Shown piece after piece: positions 1-10,202 of a stretch of 56,984 nt of DNA. This stretch comes from Pirellula sp. Lineage in GTDB: Bacteria; Planctomycetota; Planctomycetia; Pirellulales; Pirellulaceae. Both the position numbers and the translations under genes were made by a program. The stretch spans positions 1-56,984 of the forward strand of contig JAYVPE010000367.1 in assembly GCA_043757575.1 (NCBI GenBank). The letters are read 5' to 3'. How positions within the stretch are numbered: position 1 is the first letter of the stretch; every line of letters begins with the position of its first letter. The notes beneath the pieces were generated by a model. That model saw only the letters and a program-made list of their open reading frames with translations, did no database searches and was not told the DNA's origin.

Positions 1-844
1 CAGCCAAACTCGCGGTAAGTAATACTGAAGCATACATCCAGTCGCCCAGTAGCAAAAGTACGTTAAAGGCGAATAAATAGAGCATCCACCTGCCCAACCA
101 ATAACAAGAGCTCTGAATCATGCATACCAAAATTGCGCCTTGAGACCCGATTACGCAGTGCGTTAGCAGTTGTCCTAACCATTGCCAATCAACAGAAAGG
201 CGGAGCCAACCATGCCATTGTTGAATCAATAACCAGCCAGCTTCACCGTTCCACCAGATAGGATTGGCCAACATACTGAAAAGGCTAAACGCCATCCAAA
301 TCCAAAGGTGGCAGTGAATGAGCTGAATAGCGATATTGACGCTAATACGAGCCTGACCGCTCGAAAAGCCCGGTCGAATAGTCCAGACGAGTCGACCCGG
401 ATCGATGATCAAATAAGCCAAAATAGAGACTAACAAAGGTTCGTAAACCATCGTAAGCAATGGTGATCGGTGATGAAAAGTGCTCAAGCAAAACCAAGCC
501 AGAAAAGGCGAAACTCGAGCCCCAATGCCAGCCATTGCCGCCATACTAGCAAGCAGCCCAACTCCAGCGACGATTGGCACTGCCTGAGGTGACCAGTAGA
601 GTATCGACCAACGATAGACGCTGCCAGTGCCCGCAACTCCGTCGCCAATCAAAAAACGTCCAGCATCTATGTTGAACCATCCGTGCAGTCCAAACCATTC
701 GGAGCCGTTAATTAGCAGCACACCAAAATGAATTGTCGCAATAAGTCCACATGCAATTCGCACCGAAGATATTAACTCAGGCGATTTTGGTGTAAACCAA
801 ACGCTGTTCCACCAATGAACCGTTTCCTTCCATCTGGACATCAT
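1..844 (-). CDS. HTTM-domain (SdpB/VKGC-like) integral membrane protein, 3' end outside window
   Basis: Not in the ORF track because it is truncated. My translation from ATG at 844 (overlapping the upstream stop) gives MMSRWKETVHWWNSVWFTP...RIACGLIA...HHRSPLL...IQLIHCHLWIWMAFSLFSMLANPIWWNGEA. It is hydrophobic, and the W-x-[ND]-G-x-A motif resembles HTTM proteins. Confidence 0.65.
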   Translation of the reverse strand, partial: MMSRWKETVHWWNSVWFTPKSPELISSVRIACGLIATIHFGVLLINGSEWFGLHGWFNIDAGRFLIGDGVAGTGSVYRWSILYWSPQAVPIVAGVGLLASMAAMAGIGARVSPFLAWFCLSTFHHRSPLLTMVYEPLLVSILAYLIIDPGRLVWTIRPGFSSGQARISVNIAIQLIHCHLWIWMAFSLFSMLANPIWWNGEAGWLLIQQWHGWLRLSVDWQWLGQLLTHCVIGSQGAILVCMIQSSCYWLGRWMLYLFAFNVLLLLGDWMYASVLLTASLA

Positions 845-1473
845 GGTGAATGCGTCTCCGATTTAAGAGCGCGGACGGTGCGGTGGTTTTCAATTTTGGG
901 TACAAAACCGAATTCTCCGCTGGGAAATCGGGCCAGTGACGCTGCGTAGAGAACAGGTTCCTCTTCGGTTTCCGACTTCGGTGCTGATGTTTTTTCAATT
1001 CGAATTCTTAAAACAGTGGAATTATCGTTTTTTCTCCGGTTTTCTAAACGCAGAACAATGGACTTGAGAACGTTGGTCAAACCCTCGGAGTCGTCGTGGG
1101 TTGCAAGCTCAGCTAATAGCTGAAGTAGACGCTCGGTTCTAGCATTATCCAAAGCCATCTGCGTTGTGTCGAAAACAGCCTTCCAATCGTTGGGCTCGTC
1201 GCTGGCTTGAACGGATAGCCGGATGCTCTTTGCCGCGAGTGGTTCCGAAATCCATTCAATTGGCAGCATCTCTTGATACCAATTGACTCCTATCAAATAA
1301 GGCTGCAACCAAACGAGCAAACCATCTTGGAATTCCGACCGCCGCCAATTGGTCGCGTAGGTGAGTCCTATCCCTCCAAAGTGCAACAAGATAATGCAAC
1401 TAGCAAACCAGCGCCAACGGGAAGTGCTTTTAGATAGGCTTTCAGTTTGTTGGGGGCGAATCGTATTGCTCAC
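841..1473 (-). CDS. Membrane-anchored hypothetical protein, possible SdpA/DUF5819-like partner of the HTTM protein
   Basis: 210-aa ORF with one N-terminal TM segment (WFASCIILLHFGGIGL) followed by QPYL...W. Its stop overlaps the HTTM start (ATGA). Confidence 0.55.
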   Translation of the reverse strand: MSNTIRPQQTESLSKSTSRWRWFASCIILLHFGGIGLTYATNWRRSEFQDGLLVWLQPYLIGVNWYQEMLPIEWISEPLAAKSIRLSVQASDEPNDWKAVFDTTQMALDNARTERLLQLLAELATHDDSEGLTNVLKSIVLRLENRRKNDNSTVLRIRIEKTSAPKSETEEEPVLYAASLARFPSGEFGFVPKIENHRTVRALKSETHSP

Positions 1474-1617
1474 GAAAGTATTTTTATTTGTTTAACTGGC
1501 AACGCCGCAGGAATGAGGGGTTGGTAGTTTTTTAGCTTCTCGCCACCATGCGGTTAAAACAGTTTTCAACCACGCATGTTTCCCAACAGTTTAGTTACTA
1601 CAAGATTAATGCAAACG

Positions 1618-1658
1618 AAAAAACCGAGCTGAATTCCAACTGAAATCGCAGCTCGGTT
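1618..1658 (-). terminator. Rho-independent terminator of the Cys-rich gene
   Basis: Stem AACCGAGCTG (1622-1631) / CAGCTCGGTT (1649-1658), followed by a T-run on the minus strand, about 60 bp after the stop at 1716. Confidence 0.7.
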
Positions 1659-1715
1659 ATCAAGTATTATTGCAATCTTGCTTTTGTAGGCCAAACTGCA
1701 AATGGTCCAAACAGC

Positions 1716-2267
1716 TTACGCTGCTGGAGCTTTGTCGCTAACCGGTGCTGCTGGAACAGCAGGTGCGGCAGGTGCGGCAGTCGAGGTACTGATTGTGCCA
1801 GCATCCATAGTTGTTCCGCAAGAGCTGCATCCGGTCGAAACTGGAGCTGAAACGCCACAACCACAGCTTGGAGCTGCTGGAGCTGCACAACCGCATGATG
1901 CTGCTGGAGCTGCACAACCACATGATGGAGCTGGTGCTGCACAACCACATGATGGTGCTGGTGCTGGGCAGCATGTTGGAGCTGGTGCTGGGCAGCATGT
2001 TGGAGCTGGTGCACAGCATGTTGGAGCTGGTGCACAGCAAGAAGGAGCGCCACCGCAGCGGTTGGCCCTTTTAGCATGAAGTTTTGCCAACAGCCCACCG
2101 CCGTTGCATCCGTCACACCCAGCTTGCTTCTTAGCATGCAACTTGGCGAAAAGGCCTTGTCGTCCACCGCAACCGCCATTGCCACCGCCACAGTCTGCCA
2201 TTGCTACTGATCCGAAGCAAACAGCGAAAGCTGCCAATGCAAGCGAAGCCAATCGTACTTTATTCAT
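1716..2267 (-). CDS. Secreted Cys/Pro/Ala-rich repeat protein
   Basis: Signal peptide MNKVRLASLALAAFAVCFGSVAMA from ATG 2267. Tandem APAPTCC and APAPSCGC repeats, 23 Cys after the signal peptide, own terminator. Confidence 0.75.
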   Translation of the reverse strand: MNKVRLASLALAAFAVCFGSVAMADCGGGNGGCGGRQGLFAKLHAKKQAGCDGCNGGGLLAKLHAKRANRCGGAPSCCAPAPTCCAPAPTCCPAPAPTCCPAPAPSCGCAAPAPSCGCAAPAASCGCAAPAAPSCGCGVSAPVSTGCSSCGTTMDAGTISTSTAAPAAPAVPAAPVSDKAPAA

Positions 2268-2644
2268 CAAAATCTTCCTCCCGAGAGAACTAAACATGGA
2301 TCCACGCAACGCCACGATGTACTTCCTGAATTATGGACCTAATCTGCCAGAAACAACTCTGGCGCTCCGTGCCGCAATAGCTGCCGAGGTTAACCTACGG
2401 CGGCAGACATTGCCGGTTAGGGGCTTTGCGTAAAATTGGTAAGACGGAAGCGTACCAGACTGATTTTCCATGTCAACAACCTATCTCGACACAAATGACA
2501 TCATTCAACAAGTCGGTGGAATGCTAGGAAAAACTAAAAACGGCACTCAACAAAGGGTTTGAAGTTTGCTACATTCCGGTTTGCCTTTTTTGAGGTAGTG
2601 GTGTCACTTTTGGTTTTTTCGAAGCTGGCGAGGAGATTTTAGCC

Positions 2645-3193
2645 GTGTTTTTCCCTTTGGCGATGCTATCCCAATATGTCTTTGGCCCAGCTTTATTTCT
2701 TCTTTCGCTCTTCATTGTGCTGCTCATTTTGCTTCAACGTGGTCGTGGCGGCGGTTTGACAGGAGCTTTGGGTGGTGCCGGTGGAGCAAGTGCTTTCGGG
2801 GTGAAAGCTGGCGATATTTTCACCAGAATTACGGCAGTTTCTGTTCTGCTTTGGATCGTTCTTTGTGCCCTGACAACCTTTTGGTACCTTCCAAATAGTC
2901 TCGATATTGCAAGCGATCCTGCGTCTCTAAGCCTTAAAAAATCAAGTGCTGGCGGAATGAGCGGCACGGGTTCCAGCGACCCAATGCCTTCCGAAGTGGT
3001 GCCTTCCGAAGTGGCACCTTCCGAAACTAAGATCGAGAATAGCACGCTTGGCACTGAAACAACCTTGCCGACTACTAACCCGGTTGCACCCGTTTCTGAA
3101 ACACCTGTTTCTGAAACACCTGCTGATGAGCCGAAACCGCCTGCCGCAGTGCCAGCAGCAGACGTTCCTGCTAGTACTGAACCGAAACCGTAA
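2645..3193 (+). CDS. secG: Preprotein translocase subunit SecG
   Basis: [18 protein letters not shown]...FG...DIFTRIT signature, two TM helices and a low-complexity tail. Confidence 0.93.
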   Translation: MFFPLAMLSQYVFGPALFLLSLFIVLLILLQRGRGGGLTGALGGAGGASAFGVKAGDIFTRITAVSVLLWIVLCALTTFWYLPNSLDIASDPASLSLKKSSAGGMSGTGSSDPMPSEVVPSEVAPSETKIENSTLGTETTLPTTNPVAPVSETPVSETPADEPKPPAAVPAADVPASTEPKP

Positions 3194-3250
3194 TCCACTC
3201 AGACGCTCCATTTTCAAGCTTACTCTGTCTTTTCAATAGGTGTTCGTTCG

Positions 3251-4129
3251 TTGCTACTAAGTATGACCGGGCATGGCCAAGCCGCCATGCGGCACGGCGA
3301 TTTCGCCATTGACGTTGAGATTCGTACGGTCAACAACCGCTATCTCAAAGTCGTTTCGAAAATTTCCGATTTGGCTTCTGCACTCGAACCACAACTAGAG
3401 TCGATCGTTCGGGATTTTCTAAAACGAGGGAGCGTGACGGTTTCGGTTCGGGTTAGCCAATCCGGCAGAAGCAATGCGTCCTCAATCAATCAGAAAACAC
3501 TTGAGGATTATTTGACCCAATCGAAATCCATGGCCGATAGGCTTGGCATTCAGTTTCACTATGGACTAGGCCAGCTCCTGCTTTTACCTGGCGTTCTAGA
3601 ATCAACGAGGCAACAGGACGACGATCGATTGCTCGAAGTGGTTCGGAGGACAGTTCAATCTGCACTTGAGGATCTTCAATCCATGAGAAGTAGGGAGGGA
3701 GAGGCCATGCGGACGCAATTCGTCGAAACACTTTCCCAAATTGCTGTAAATAAAACGTTAATTGAGTTGCGTGCCCCCGAGGTCATTGCAGAATACCGAA
3801 CGAAACTGGACCAGAGAATTCGCAATGGACTCGCAATCGTTGGGCACCAAGTTACTGAAATAGACTTGCTCCGAGAAGTGCTCATCTACGCCGACCGCTG
3901 TGACATTACCGAGGAAATAACTAGGCTTGCTAGCCACCTCAGCCAATTCCACACAGCCCTGTCCAATCCGGAAAGCCAGGGCCGACGTCTTGATTTTCTA
4001 GTTCAGGAGCTGTTCAGGGAAACCAATACAATCGGTTCAAAAGCTAACGACTCGCAAGTTTCCCAACTGGTCGTCTCGATTAAGACTGCTATCGAACAAA
4101 TGCGTGAGCTAATCCAAAATGTGGAGTAG
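3251..4129 (+). CDS. yicC: YicC/YloC family endoribonuclease
   Basis: SMTG N-terminus, EIRTVNNRYL, DITEEITRL and GRRLDFLVQELFRETNTIGSK motifs; precedes gmk. Confidence 0.95.
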   Translation: MLLSMTGHGQAAMRHGDFAIDVEIRTVNNRYLKVVSKISDLASALEPQLESIVRDFLKRGSVTVSVRVSQSGRSNASSINQKTLEDYLTQSKSMADRLGIQFHYGLGQLLLLPGVLESTRQQDDDRLLEVVRRTVQSALEDLQSMRSREGEAMRTQFVETLSQIAVNKTLIELRAPEVIAEYRTKLDQRIRNGLAIVGHQVTEIDLLREVLIYADRCDITEEITRLASHLSQFHTALSNPESQGRRLDFLVQELFRETNTIGSKANDSQVSQLVVSIKTAIEQMRELIQNVE

Positions 4130-4139
4130 ACTTTCAAAT

Positions 4140-4736
4140 ATGACCACTTCAGGAAAACTTGTCATTATTTCAGGGCCATCAGGCTCCGGCAAATCCACGG
4201 TCGTTCAACGACTACTTAGCCAATCTGAGCTGCCTTTAGTTTTGAGCATTTCAGCAACGACTCGTCCCCCGCGTGCCGGTGAGGAAAACGGCAAGAACTA
4301 CATTTTTTTGAGCAATGACGAATTCCAAAAACGACGCCTTTCCGGCGAGTTTCTCGAAAGCAAGGAAGTTTTCGGAAGGGGATATTGGTACGGAACGCTG
4401 CGAAACGTCGTTTCGACTGGCTTAAGCGAAGGAAAATGGGTAATATTAGAAATCGATGTGCAAGGAGCGCTTGCTGTTTTGCAAGACAATCCACAAGCGA
4501 TCACCATCTTTGTCCACCCTGGTTCCATGGCCGAACTCGAAAAACGGCTTCGAAACCGCGGAACGGAAAGCCAGGAATCGATTCAACGTCGATTGGATGT
4601 GGCTGCGGAGGAGTTGGCTCTACGGCATCATTACACTCACGAAGTTATCAACGTCGAGATTAATTCAACTGTTCAGCAACTGTGCACGTTGCTCATGCAG
4701 TACCAAGGAGAAAATATTCCATGCTCGAAGAATTGA
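4140..4736 (+). CDS. gmk: Guanylate kinase
   Basis: [12 protein letters not shown]-loop, [14 protein letters not shown] and LEIDVQGA motifs. Start taken at MTTSGK. Confidence 0.96.
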   Translation: MTTSGKLVIISGPSGSGKSTVVQRLLSQSELPLVLSISATTRPPRAGEENGKNYIFLSNDEFQKRRLSGEFLESKEVFGRGYWYGTLRNVVSTGLSEGKWVILEIDVQGALAVLQDNPQAITIFVHPGSMAELEKRLRNRGTESQESIQRRLDVAAEELALRHHYTHEVINVEINSTVQQLCTLLMQYQGENIPCSKN

Positions 4737-4984
4737 AAGAAGAGTTTATCGTCAACAAAGTTGGCGGTCGTTTCAAATTATCTACCTTGATCCAAAAACG
4801 GTTGGTTCAAATCAATCGCGGCAGCAGGCCGTTGGTCGAAATGAATACCGACGATAAAATGGAAGTCGTTATCCAAGAAATTTTGCAAGACAAAATCTTC
4901 CTAACGACTTCAGGCGAACTGAAGGTCCTCAGCGAAACAGCGGATCTCGGTGATTTGTTAGATTTGGACACCAGCGATCTTTAA
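4721..4984 (+). CDS. rpoZ: RNA polymerase omega subunit
   Basis: [15 protein letters not shown] motif; directly follows gmk. Start at MLEELKEE. Confidence 0.9.
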   Translation: MLEELKEEFIVNKVGGRFKLSTLIQKRLVQINRGSRPLVEMNTDDKMEVVIQEILQDKIFLTTSGELKVLSETADLGDLLDLDTSDL

Positions 4985-5054
4985 CAATCGTTGAGTGCGA
5001 AAAAATTCGACCTGTACGATTAAAGTTAGCAGCAAGCCGCAACCTAGTTCAACC

Positions 5055-5200
5055 GGGAGGCACGCTCAGAGGCTGTGAAAAAATGCGTGGGTCATCACCG
5101 GAGGGCTCGCGTCCTACCGCTATAGTTTGGTAGCGGAACGGCGCAAGCCGTCCGGTGAGTCGAATTGAATACAATCACTGCCTCTCAAAGCGTGCCACCC
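5055..5200. repeat. Nested intergenic palindrome (REP-like inner pair inside an outer inverted repeat)
   Basis: Inner arms 5095-5122 and 5131-5158 match 23/28 as inverted repeats, and the right arm starts GTAGCGG. Outer arms 5055-5077 and 5176-5200 are imperfect inverted repeats. Confidence 0.65.
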
Positions 5201-5321
5201 AATTTACAGATAGATTTCAAACTGCCTCTCACCTAAAAGCACGCAAAGATAGCTTTCCGGTTTTTCCCATTTCAATCGTACAAGTCGAAAAAATTCAGAC
5301 ACGCTTTTCTTCGGTGACTGC

Positions 5322-5858
5322 TTGATGAACCAACGCGTTGTTGTCGGAGTATCGGGCGGCATCGCCGCATTTAAATCAGCGGTGCTCGTTAGCCGCTTGG
5401 TTCAGCGCGGTTTGGATGTCTCAGTTGTTCTTACGGATTCAGCCCAACAGTTTGTTGGTGCTGCGACGTTTTCAGCCTTATGCAATCGAGCCCCTATTAC
5501 CAGTGCTTTCGATCTGCGATATCCGCTCGGTCCACACATTGAATTGGCAATTGACTGCAGACTCTTTATCGTCGCTCCAGCTACCGCCCATGTGATCGCT
5601 GGCTGCGCGCTTGGGCTGGCTGATTGTTTGCTCTCGACCCTCTACCTCAATATGGAATGCCCCGTAATATTCGCTCCCGCAATGAGCACGCCGATGTGGG
5701 ATAAGCCCGCCGTTATTCGAAACGTGGAGCAGCTAAAAACAGACGGCGTGCGGTTGATTGGGCCTGAGTCGGGCTGGCTAACATGCCGCCGCGTTGGCAC
5801 AGGTCGCATGTCAGAACCCGAAGCGATCCTGGCTGCTTGTGAGCAATTTTTGGAGTAA
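5322..5858 (+). CDS. coaC: Phosphopantothenoylcysteine decarboxylase (CoaC half of CoaBC)
   Basis: GVSGGIAAFK, PHIEL, APATA, APAM and CRRVGTGRM flavoprotein motifs. Confidence 0.9.
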   Translation: MMNQRVVVGVSGGIAAFKSAVLVSRLVQRGLDVSVVLTDSAQQFVGAATFSALCNRAPITSAFDLRYPLGPHIELAIDCRLFIVAPATAHVIAGCALGLADCLLSTLYLNMECPVIFAPAMSTPMWDKPAVIRNVEQLKTDGVRLIGPESGWLTCRRVGTGRMSEPEAILAACEQFLE

Positions 5859-5880
5859 CGCATTCGCAACGAAGGCTCGC

Positions 5881-6519
5881 ATGGCTCGCATCGTAATCAC
5901 CTCAGGACCTACGCGACAGTATTTGGACCCCGTCCGCTATCTGACCAATGGTTCAAGCGGTCGCATGGGTGCAGCTTTGGTTCAAGCCACACTCGATCTA
6001 GGTCATGAAGTAACGGTCATCAGCGGTCCAGTCTCCATTTCCTATCCCTCTGCAGCGAAAATTGTCAATGTGGTTTCAACTCAAGAAATGCTCGAAGCAA
6101 CACACTCCGCGTTCCAATTTGCCGATGGTTTGATCGGAGCGGCCGCCCCCTGCGACTATATGCCAAAGCAAATCGAAAAACACAAACTGACCAAGACCGG
6201 CGAAGGTCTTCAGCTCTGTCTAATCGAAACCCCAGATATCATTGCCACGCTTGGAAGCTCAAAACGGGCTCACCAATGGGTTGTTGGTTTCGCGTTAGAA
6301 ACCGAAGACATACGATTTAGAGCCATCGTGAAAATGTCTCGTAAATGCTGCGACATGATCGTTTCTAACAGTGCAGAAGCCATGAACGCTGAAGACAACT
6401 CCGTGGAAGTTATTCTGCGAGATGGCTCGATTTTAGGACAACTTTCGGGACCAAAATACAATGTTGCATGTGGAATCCTTTTTCATATCCAAAAACACTT
6501 GATTGCCAAAAACACTTAA
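5881..6519 (+). CDS. coaB: Phosphopantothenate-cysteine ligase (CoaB half of CoaBC)
   Basis: ITSGPTRQYLDPVRYLTNGSSGRMG, AAAPCDY and VGFALETE motifs. Confidence 0.9.
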   Translation: MARIVITSGPTRQYLDPVRYLTNGSSGRMGAALVQATLDLGHEVTVISGPVSISYPSAAKIVNVVSTQEMLEATHSAFQFADGLIGAAAPCDYMPKQIEKHKLTKTGEGLQLCLIETPDIIATLGSSKRAHQWVVGFALETEDIRFRAIVKMSRKCCDMIVSNSAEAMNAEDNSVEVILRDGSILGQLSGPKYNVACGILFHIQKHLIAKNT

Positions 6520-6532
6520 TCGACCATCCGTT

Positions 6533-7270
6533 ATGAACATGGTACACAACGACTTCCCAAACTTGCCAAATGTTTCACTTCCGTTAGATGTCTTGGTGGT
6601 TGCTCCTCATCCGGACGATGCAGAGCTCGGGATGGGCGGTGCTATTTGCAAATTGATCCAACAAGGCCGTCGCGTCGGTATTGTTGACTTGACGAACGGC
6701 GAACCCACTCCATTTGGAAGCCTCGGGATTCGGGCAGTCGAAACAGCCGCCGCCACGAAGGCTCTTGGCATTCAATGGCGATACAACTTGGGAATGAAGA
6801 ACCGATTTCTCGAACCAACGCTCGATAATCGGCACCGACTTGCTGGCCTCTTTCGATTGACTCGTCCTCGTTGGATTTTTGCTCCCTATTGGTCCGATGC
6901 ACATCCCGACCATGTCGCCGCAACGGAATTGGTCGAAGCCGCAAGGTTTTGGAGCAAACTCTCCAATAGCGATCTTGCAGGCGAGTCATTTCATCCTGAA
7001 CGCATCTACTACTATTTTTGCATCCATCTCAAACTCGTTCCGCAACCCGCCTTTATCCTAGATATTACCGAGCACTGGCCTGCTAAAGCTGCTTCAATAG
7101 ATGCATACCAAAGCCAGTTTGTAACCGGTCGTTCAACTGAACCACCAAGCCTTATCGAAAAACTACGCGAGGAAGCTGCGTTCTGGGGCAAAGCAATTGG
7201 TGTACGATATGGAGAACCGTTCGCTTCGAAAGAACCGATAGGATTAAAGGGCTTTGACCACCTTATATAG
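6533..7270 (+). CDS. bshB1: BshB1-like PIG-L family deacetylase
   Basis: APHPDDAELGMGG, DLTNGE and HPDH motifs. Confidence 0.8.
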   Translation: MNMVHNDFPNLPNVSLPLDVLVVAPHPDDAELGMGGAICKLIQQGRRVGIVDLTNGEPTPFGSLGIRAVETAAATKALGIQWRYNLGMKNRFLEPTLDNRHRLAGLFRLTRPRWIFAPYWSDAHPDHVAATELVEAARFWSKLSNSDLAGESFHPERIYYYFCIHLKLVPQPAFILDITEHWPAKAASIDAYQSQFVTGRSTEPPSLIEKLREEAAFWGKAIGVRYGEPFASKEPIGLKGFDHLI

Positions 7271-7272
7271 CA

Positions 7273-8232
7273 ATGAATCCGAATACAAATAGCTCTATGC
7301 GCATCCCGTTTTTACTCATCTGCCTTTTGTGCCTTTGCAATTTCGGCTGTCAGGGCTCCAACATAAAACCCACCGCATCGAATACCTTAAAGGTAGTAGC
7401 AACGACAGGTATGGTTGCCGATATGGTTCGACAAATTGGAGGGGAACAAGTCCATGTGGAACAACTCATGAGCAGCGGTGTTGACCCGCACTTGTATCGA
7501 CCGAATACGGATGACGTAAAGGCGATCCGTGCTGCCGATATTGTCTTTTACAATGGCTTTAAACTAGAGGGTCGCATGGGCGACCTGCTTGGCATCAAAA
7601 CAACTGGCACAAAAAAGCATATTGCACTCGTCGATGCGATCCCCAGGGATTCAGCTCTAGGAGATCCTGAGCACGAGACCGCCGACCCGCATGTATGGAT
7701 GGACGTCATGTTATGGTATTCCACAACTCATTTAATCGAACGGGAGCTCAAAGATCGAATTCCTTCCCACGAAAAACTCATCTCTGAGCGTGCAACCCAA
7801 CTCCGGGATCGATTGCAGAAAATCGACTTGCTCGGCAAGAAATGGATCGAGTCTATTCCGCAGGAGCAGAGAATTTTGATCACTTCCCATGACGCGTTTC
7901 GGTACTTCGGCAGGAGATATGGTCTGCAAGTGGAGGGAATCCAAGGTGTATCCACTTCATCGGAGGCAGGCCTGCGACGTATCACAGCGCTCGTTGACTT
8001 GTTGGTCGAAAAGAAAGTTCCAGCCGCTTTCGTGGAATCGAGTGTCCCTGAAAAATCAATTCGTTCCATCATCGAAGGAGCAGCAAAAAAAGGTGCCAAA
8101 GTCTCTATCGGTGGTGAACTATACTCCGATGCGATGGGGCCTTCAGGCAGTGGAGCGGACACTTATGAAGGCATGATGACACACAATTTTAAGACCATTA
8201 CCAAAGCGCTTGGCGGCAATCCAACCGAGTAA
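7273..8232 (+). CDS. Mn/Zn ABC transporter substrate-binding lipoprotein (TroA-like)
   Basis: Lipobox FGC; DPH, DPHVW, HDAFRYF and YSDAMG metal-binding motifs. Confidence 0.92.
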   Translation: MNPNTNSSMRIPFLLICLLCLCNFGCQGSNIKPTASNTLKVVATTGMVADMVRQIGGEQVHVEQLMSSGVDPHLYRPNTDDVKAIRAADIVFYNGFKLEGRMGDLLGIKTTGTKKHIALVDAIPRDSALGDPEHETADPHVWMDVMLWYSTTHLIERELKDRIPSHEKLISERATQLRDRLQKIDLLGKKWIESIPQEQRILITSHDAFRYFGRRYGLQVEGIQGVSTSSEAGLRRITALVDLLVEKKVPAAFVESSVPEKSIRSIIEGAAKKGAKVSIGGELYSDAMGPSGSGADTYEGMMTHNFKTITKALGGNPTE

Positions 8233-8277
8233 TAAGGCGACCAGCAGACGTGGATCTTAACATCGATTTCTGAGCGC

Positions 8278-9057
8278 ATGCATATGAACGAAACCAATAT
8301 CGCGATAAGAATAGCCGATCTGACGGTTGCATATCAACGCAAACCGGTCCTCTGGGAAATCAATCTCTCTATTCCACAAGGGGCTTTAGTCGGATTGGTT
8401 GGCCCCAATGGTGCGGGGAAAAGCACACTCATCAAATCCATCATGGAAATGGTGCCCCGAATTACCGGCACAGTAGAGATTCACGGTGAGTCATTAGCGA
8501 AACAACGTCACAATATTGCGTATGTTCCTCAACGCGAGTCGGTCGATTGGGATTTCCCAGCCACCGTGTTGGATGTCGTGACAATGGGTCTGTATCGCGA
8601 AATCGGATGGTTCATGCCCGTTCGGAAAGAGCATCGTAAACGTTCGATGGAAGCACTTGAGCAAGTCGGAATCGCAGAGCTTGCGCATAGGCAAATCAGC
8701 CAACTTTCAGGAGGCCAACAGCAACGTACCTTCCTTGCGAGAGCACTTGTTCAATCCGCGAACATATATCTTATGGATGAACCCTTTGCTGCCGTAGATG
8801 CAGCTACGGAACAATCCATCATCCAGGTGCTTCGGCAACAGCAATCGCAGGGCAAAACCATCTTGGTCGTTCACCATGATTTACATACTGTTCCTGAGTA
8901 CTTCGACAATCTCATCTTACTAAACGTTCGAGCAGTAGCCTGGGGAACGATGCAAACTACGTTCACACCAGAAAATTTGCGACGAACTTATGGAGGTCGT
9001 CTCACGCTTTTGGAAGAAGTCACCGAAGCCATGCGCCGCCGTAGCTCAACCAAGTAG
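8278..9057 (+). CDS. Mn/Zn ABC transporter ATP-binding protein (TroB-like)
   Basis: GPNGAGKST, LSGGQQQR, LMDEPF and VHHDL motifs. Confidence 0.93.
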   Translation: MHMNETNIAIRIADLTVAYQRKPVLWEINLSIPQGALVGLVGPNGAGKSTLIKSIMEMVPRITGTVEIHGESLAKQRHNIAYVPQRESVDWDFPATVLDVVTMGLYREIGWFMPVRKEHRKRSMEALEQVGIAELAHRQISQLSGGQQQRTFLARALVQSANIYLMDEPFAAVDAATEQSIIQVLRQQQSQGKTILVVHHDLHTVPEYFDNLILLNVRAVAWGTMQTTFTPENLRRTYGGRLTLLEEVTEAMRRRSSTK

Positions 9058-9141
9058 GTCCTTGTAGTACTGTTGTCCAAACTGGTTTGGCTCTGTGTCA
9101 CTACCCTCTAATTTGGTTTGCATTCAACTGCATACGCGATT

Positions 9142-10125
9142 TCATTGGCTCGCCCGCCGCAGTCGATCCAGCAAAGCAACGCCTATACCAATTTCTTTCA
9201 CTGCTTCGCAGCAAACGACATCGGCATGGGACAAATCGGCTTTACGAAAAAAATCGAAGAGTTTGGCAGCATACTCAGACGCATTTGAGCATACAAGAAT
9301 GGACCGAAAGCGAGACGGGTTTCGAGGTGAGTTAATTCCGACGTAATCAACAACGGATGTCGCCGCTACAGCTATGGCAAACTCGGAATCCGTCGTTGCG
9401 TCGGAAACGACAATCACTCTGGCTCTCGGCTGATAGTGCCTGTACTTTAATCCCGGAGAGTTGACAGCAGTTTCGTTGGGACTTGTAGTGTGATGAGCAT
9501 ACGGCTCGATTTCGGCACAGACGTCCTGCAATTGCTCAAATGATACACTGCCTGGTCGCAATATTCGAGGAGGATCTACAGTCGCGTCGACTACGGTACT
9601 TTCAAGTCCGAATTGGGTTGGTTCTCCACAAACCAATCCAGCAATTCGACCGTCAAGATCCTCCGCGACGGCCTGCCAAGTTGTCGCGCTAGGACACCCT
9701 GATCGATTCGCACTCGGGGCGGCAAGCGGAAATCCGGCATGGCGAATAAGTTCAATCGCAATCGAATGATTAGGTAGGCGAACTGCCACGGTATCCAGCC
9801 CGCCTGTGACTTGCTTTACAACTTCCGGTCGCTTTGGAAGTACGATCGTTAGAGGCCCAGGCCAAAATCGTTGCATCAAGAGATTTGCAACCGTCGACAC
9901 TTCGCGTGCGACTATCGATACTTGGTCAAAGTCGGCGATGTGGACGATAAGAGGATTGTCCGAGGGGCGACCCTTTGCCACAAAGATTTTCTTGACGGCG
10001 GGAGCGCTCAATGCATTTGCGCCAAGGCCGTAGACAGTCTCAGTTGGAAAAGAAACGAGTTCAGCAGCCCGAAGCAGTTGCGCAGCAGGCTCCAACTCCA
10101 ATGCCGAAAAATATCTAGTCTTCAT
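9142..10125 (-). CDS. tsaC: L-threonylcarbamoyladenylate synthase (Sua5 type)
   Basis: FPTETVYGLGA, KGRPSDNPLIVH, APSANRSG and SPGLKYRHY motifs with a SUA5 C-terminal domain. Start taken at MKTRYF. Confidence 0.93.
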   Translation of the reverse strand: MKTRYFSALELEPAAQLLRAAELVSFPTETVYGLGANALSAPAVKKIFVAKGRPSDNPLIVHIADFDQVSIVAREVSTVANLLMQRFWPGPLTIVLPKRPEVVKQVTGGLDTVAVRLPNHSIAIELIRHAGFPLAAPSANRSGCPSATTWQAVAEDLDGRIAGLVCGEPTQFGLESTVVDATVDPPRILRPGSVSFEQLQDVCAEIEPYAHHTTSPNETAVNSPGLKYRHYQPRARVIVVSDATTDSEFAIAVAATSVVDYVGINSPRNPSRFRSILVCSNASEYAAKLFDFFRKADLSHADVVCCEAVKEIGIGVALLDRLRRASQ

Positions 10126-10202
10126 TTCGCACTTGCCCGCGTTGCGACTCGTATAACGGGCAAAGCCGCAGAACAGCAATGGATCGCAACTTTTGTTCCC
10201 AT

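Noticed and set aside
1860-2040. Tandem DNA repeats as a CRISPR array, and the His/Gln-rich alternative ORFs
   Set aside because: There are no unique spacers. The 21-24-bp units are codon repeats of the Cys-rich protein, which has the signal peptide and terminator.
5322-6519. Split coaBC as a pseudogene
   Set aside because: Both halves have starts and full motifs, and separate CoaB and CoaC genes are known.
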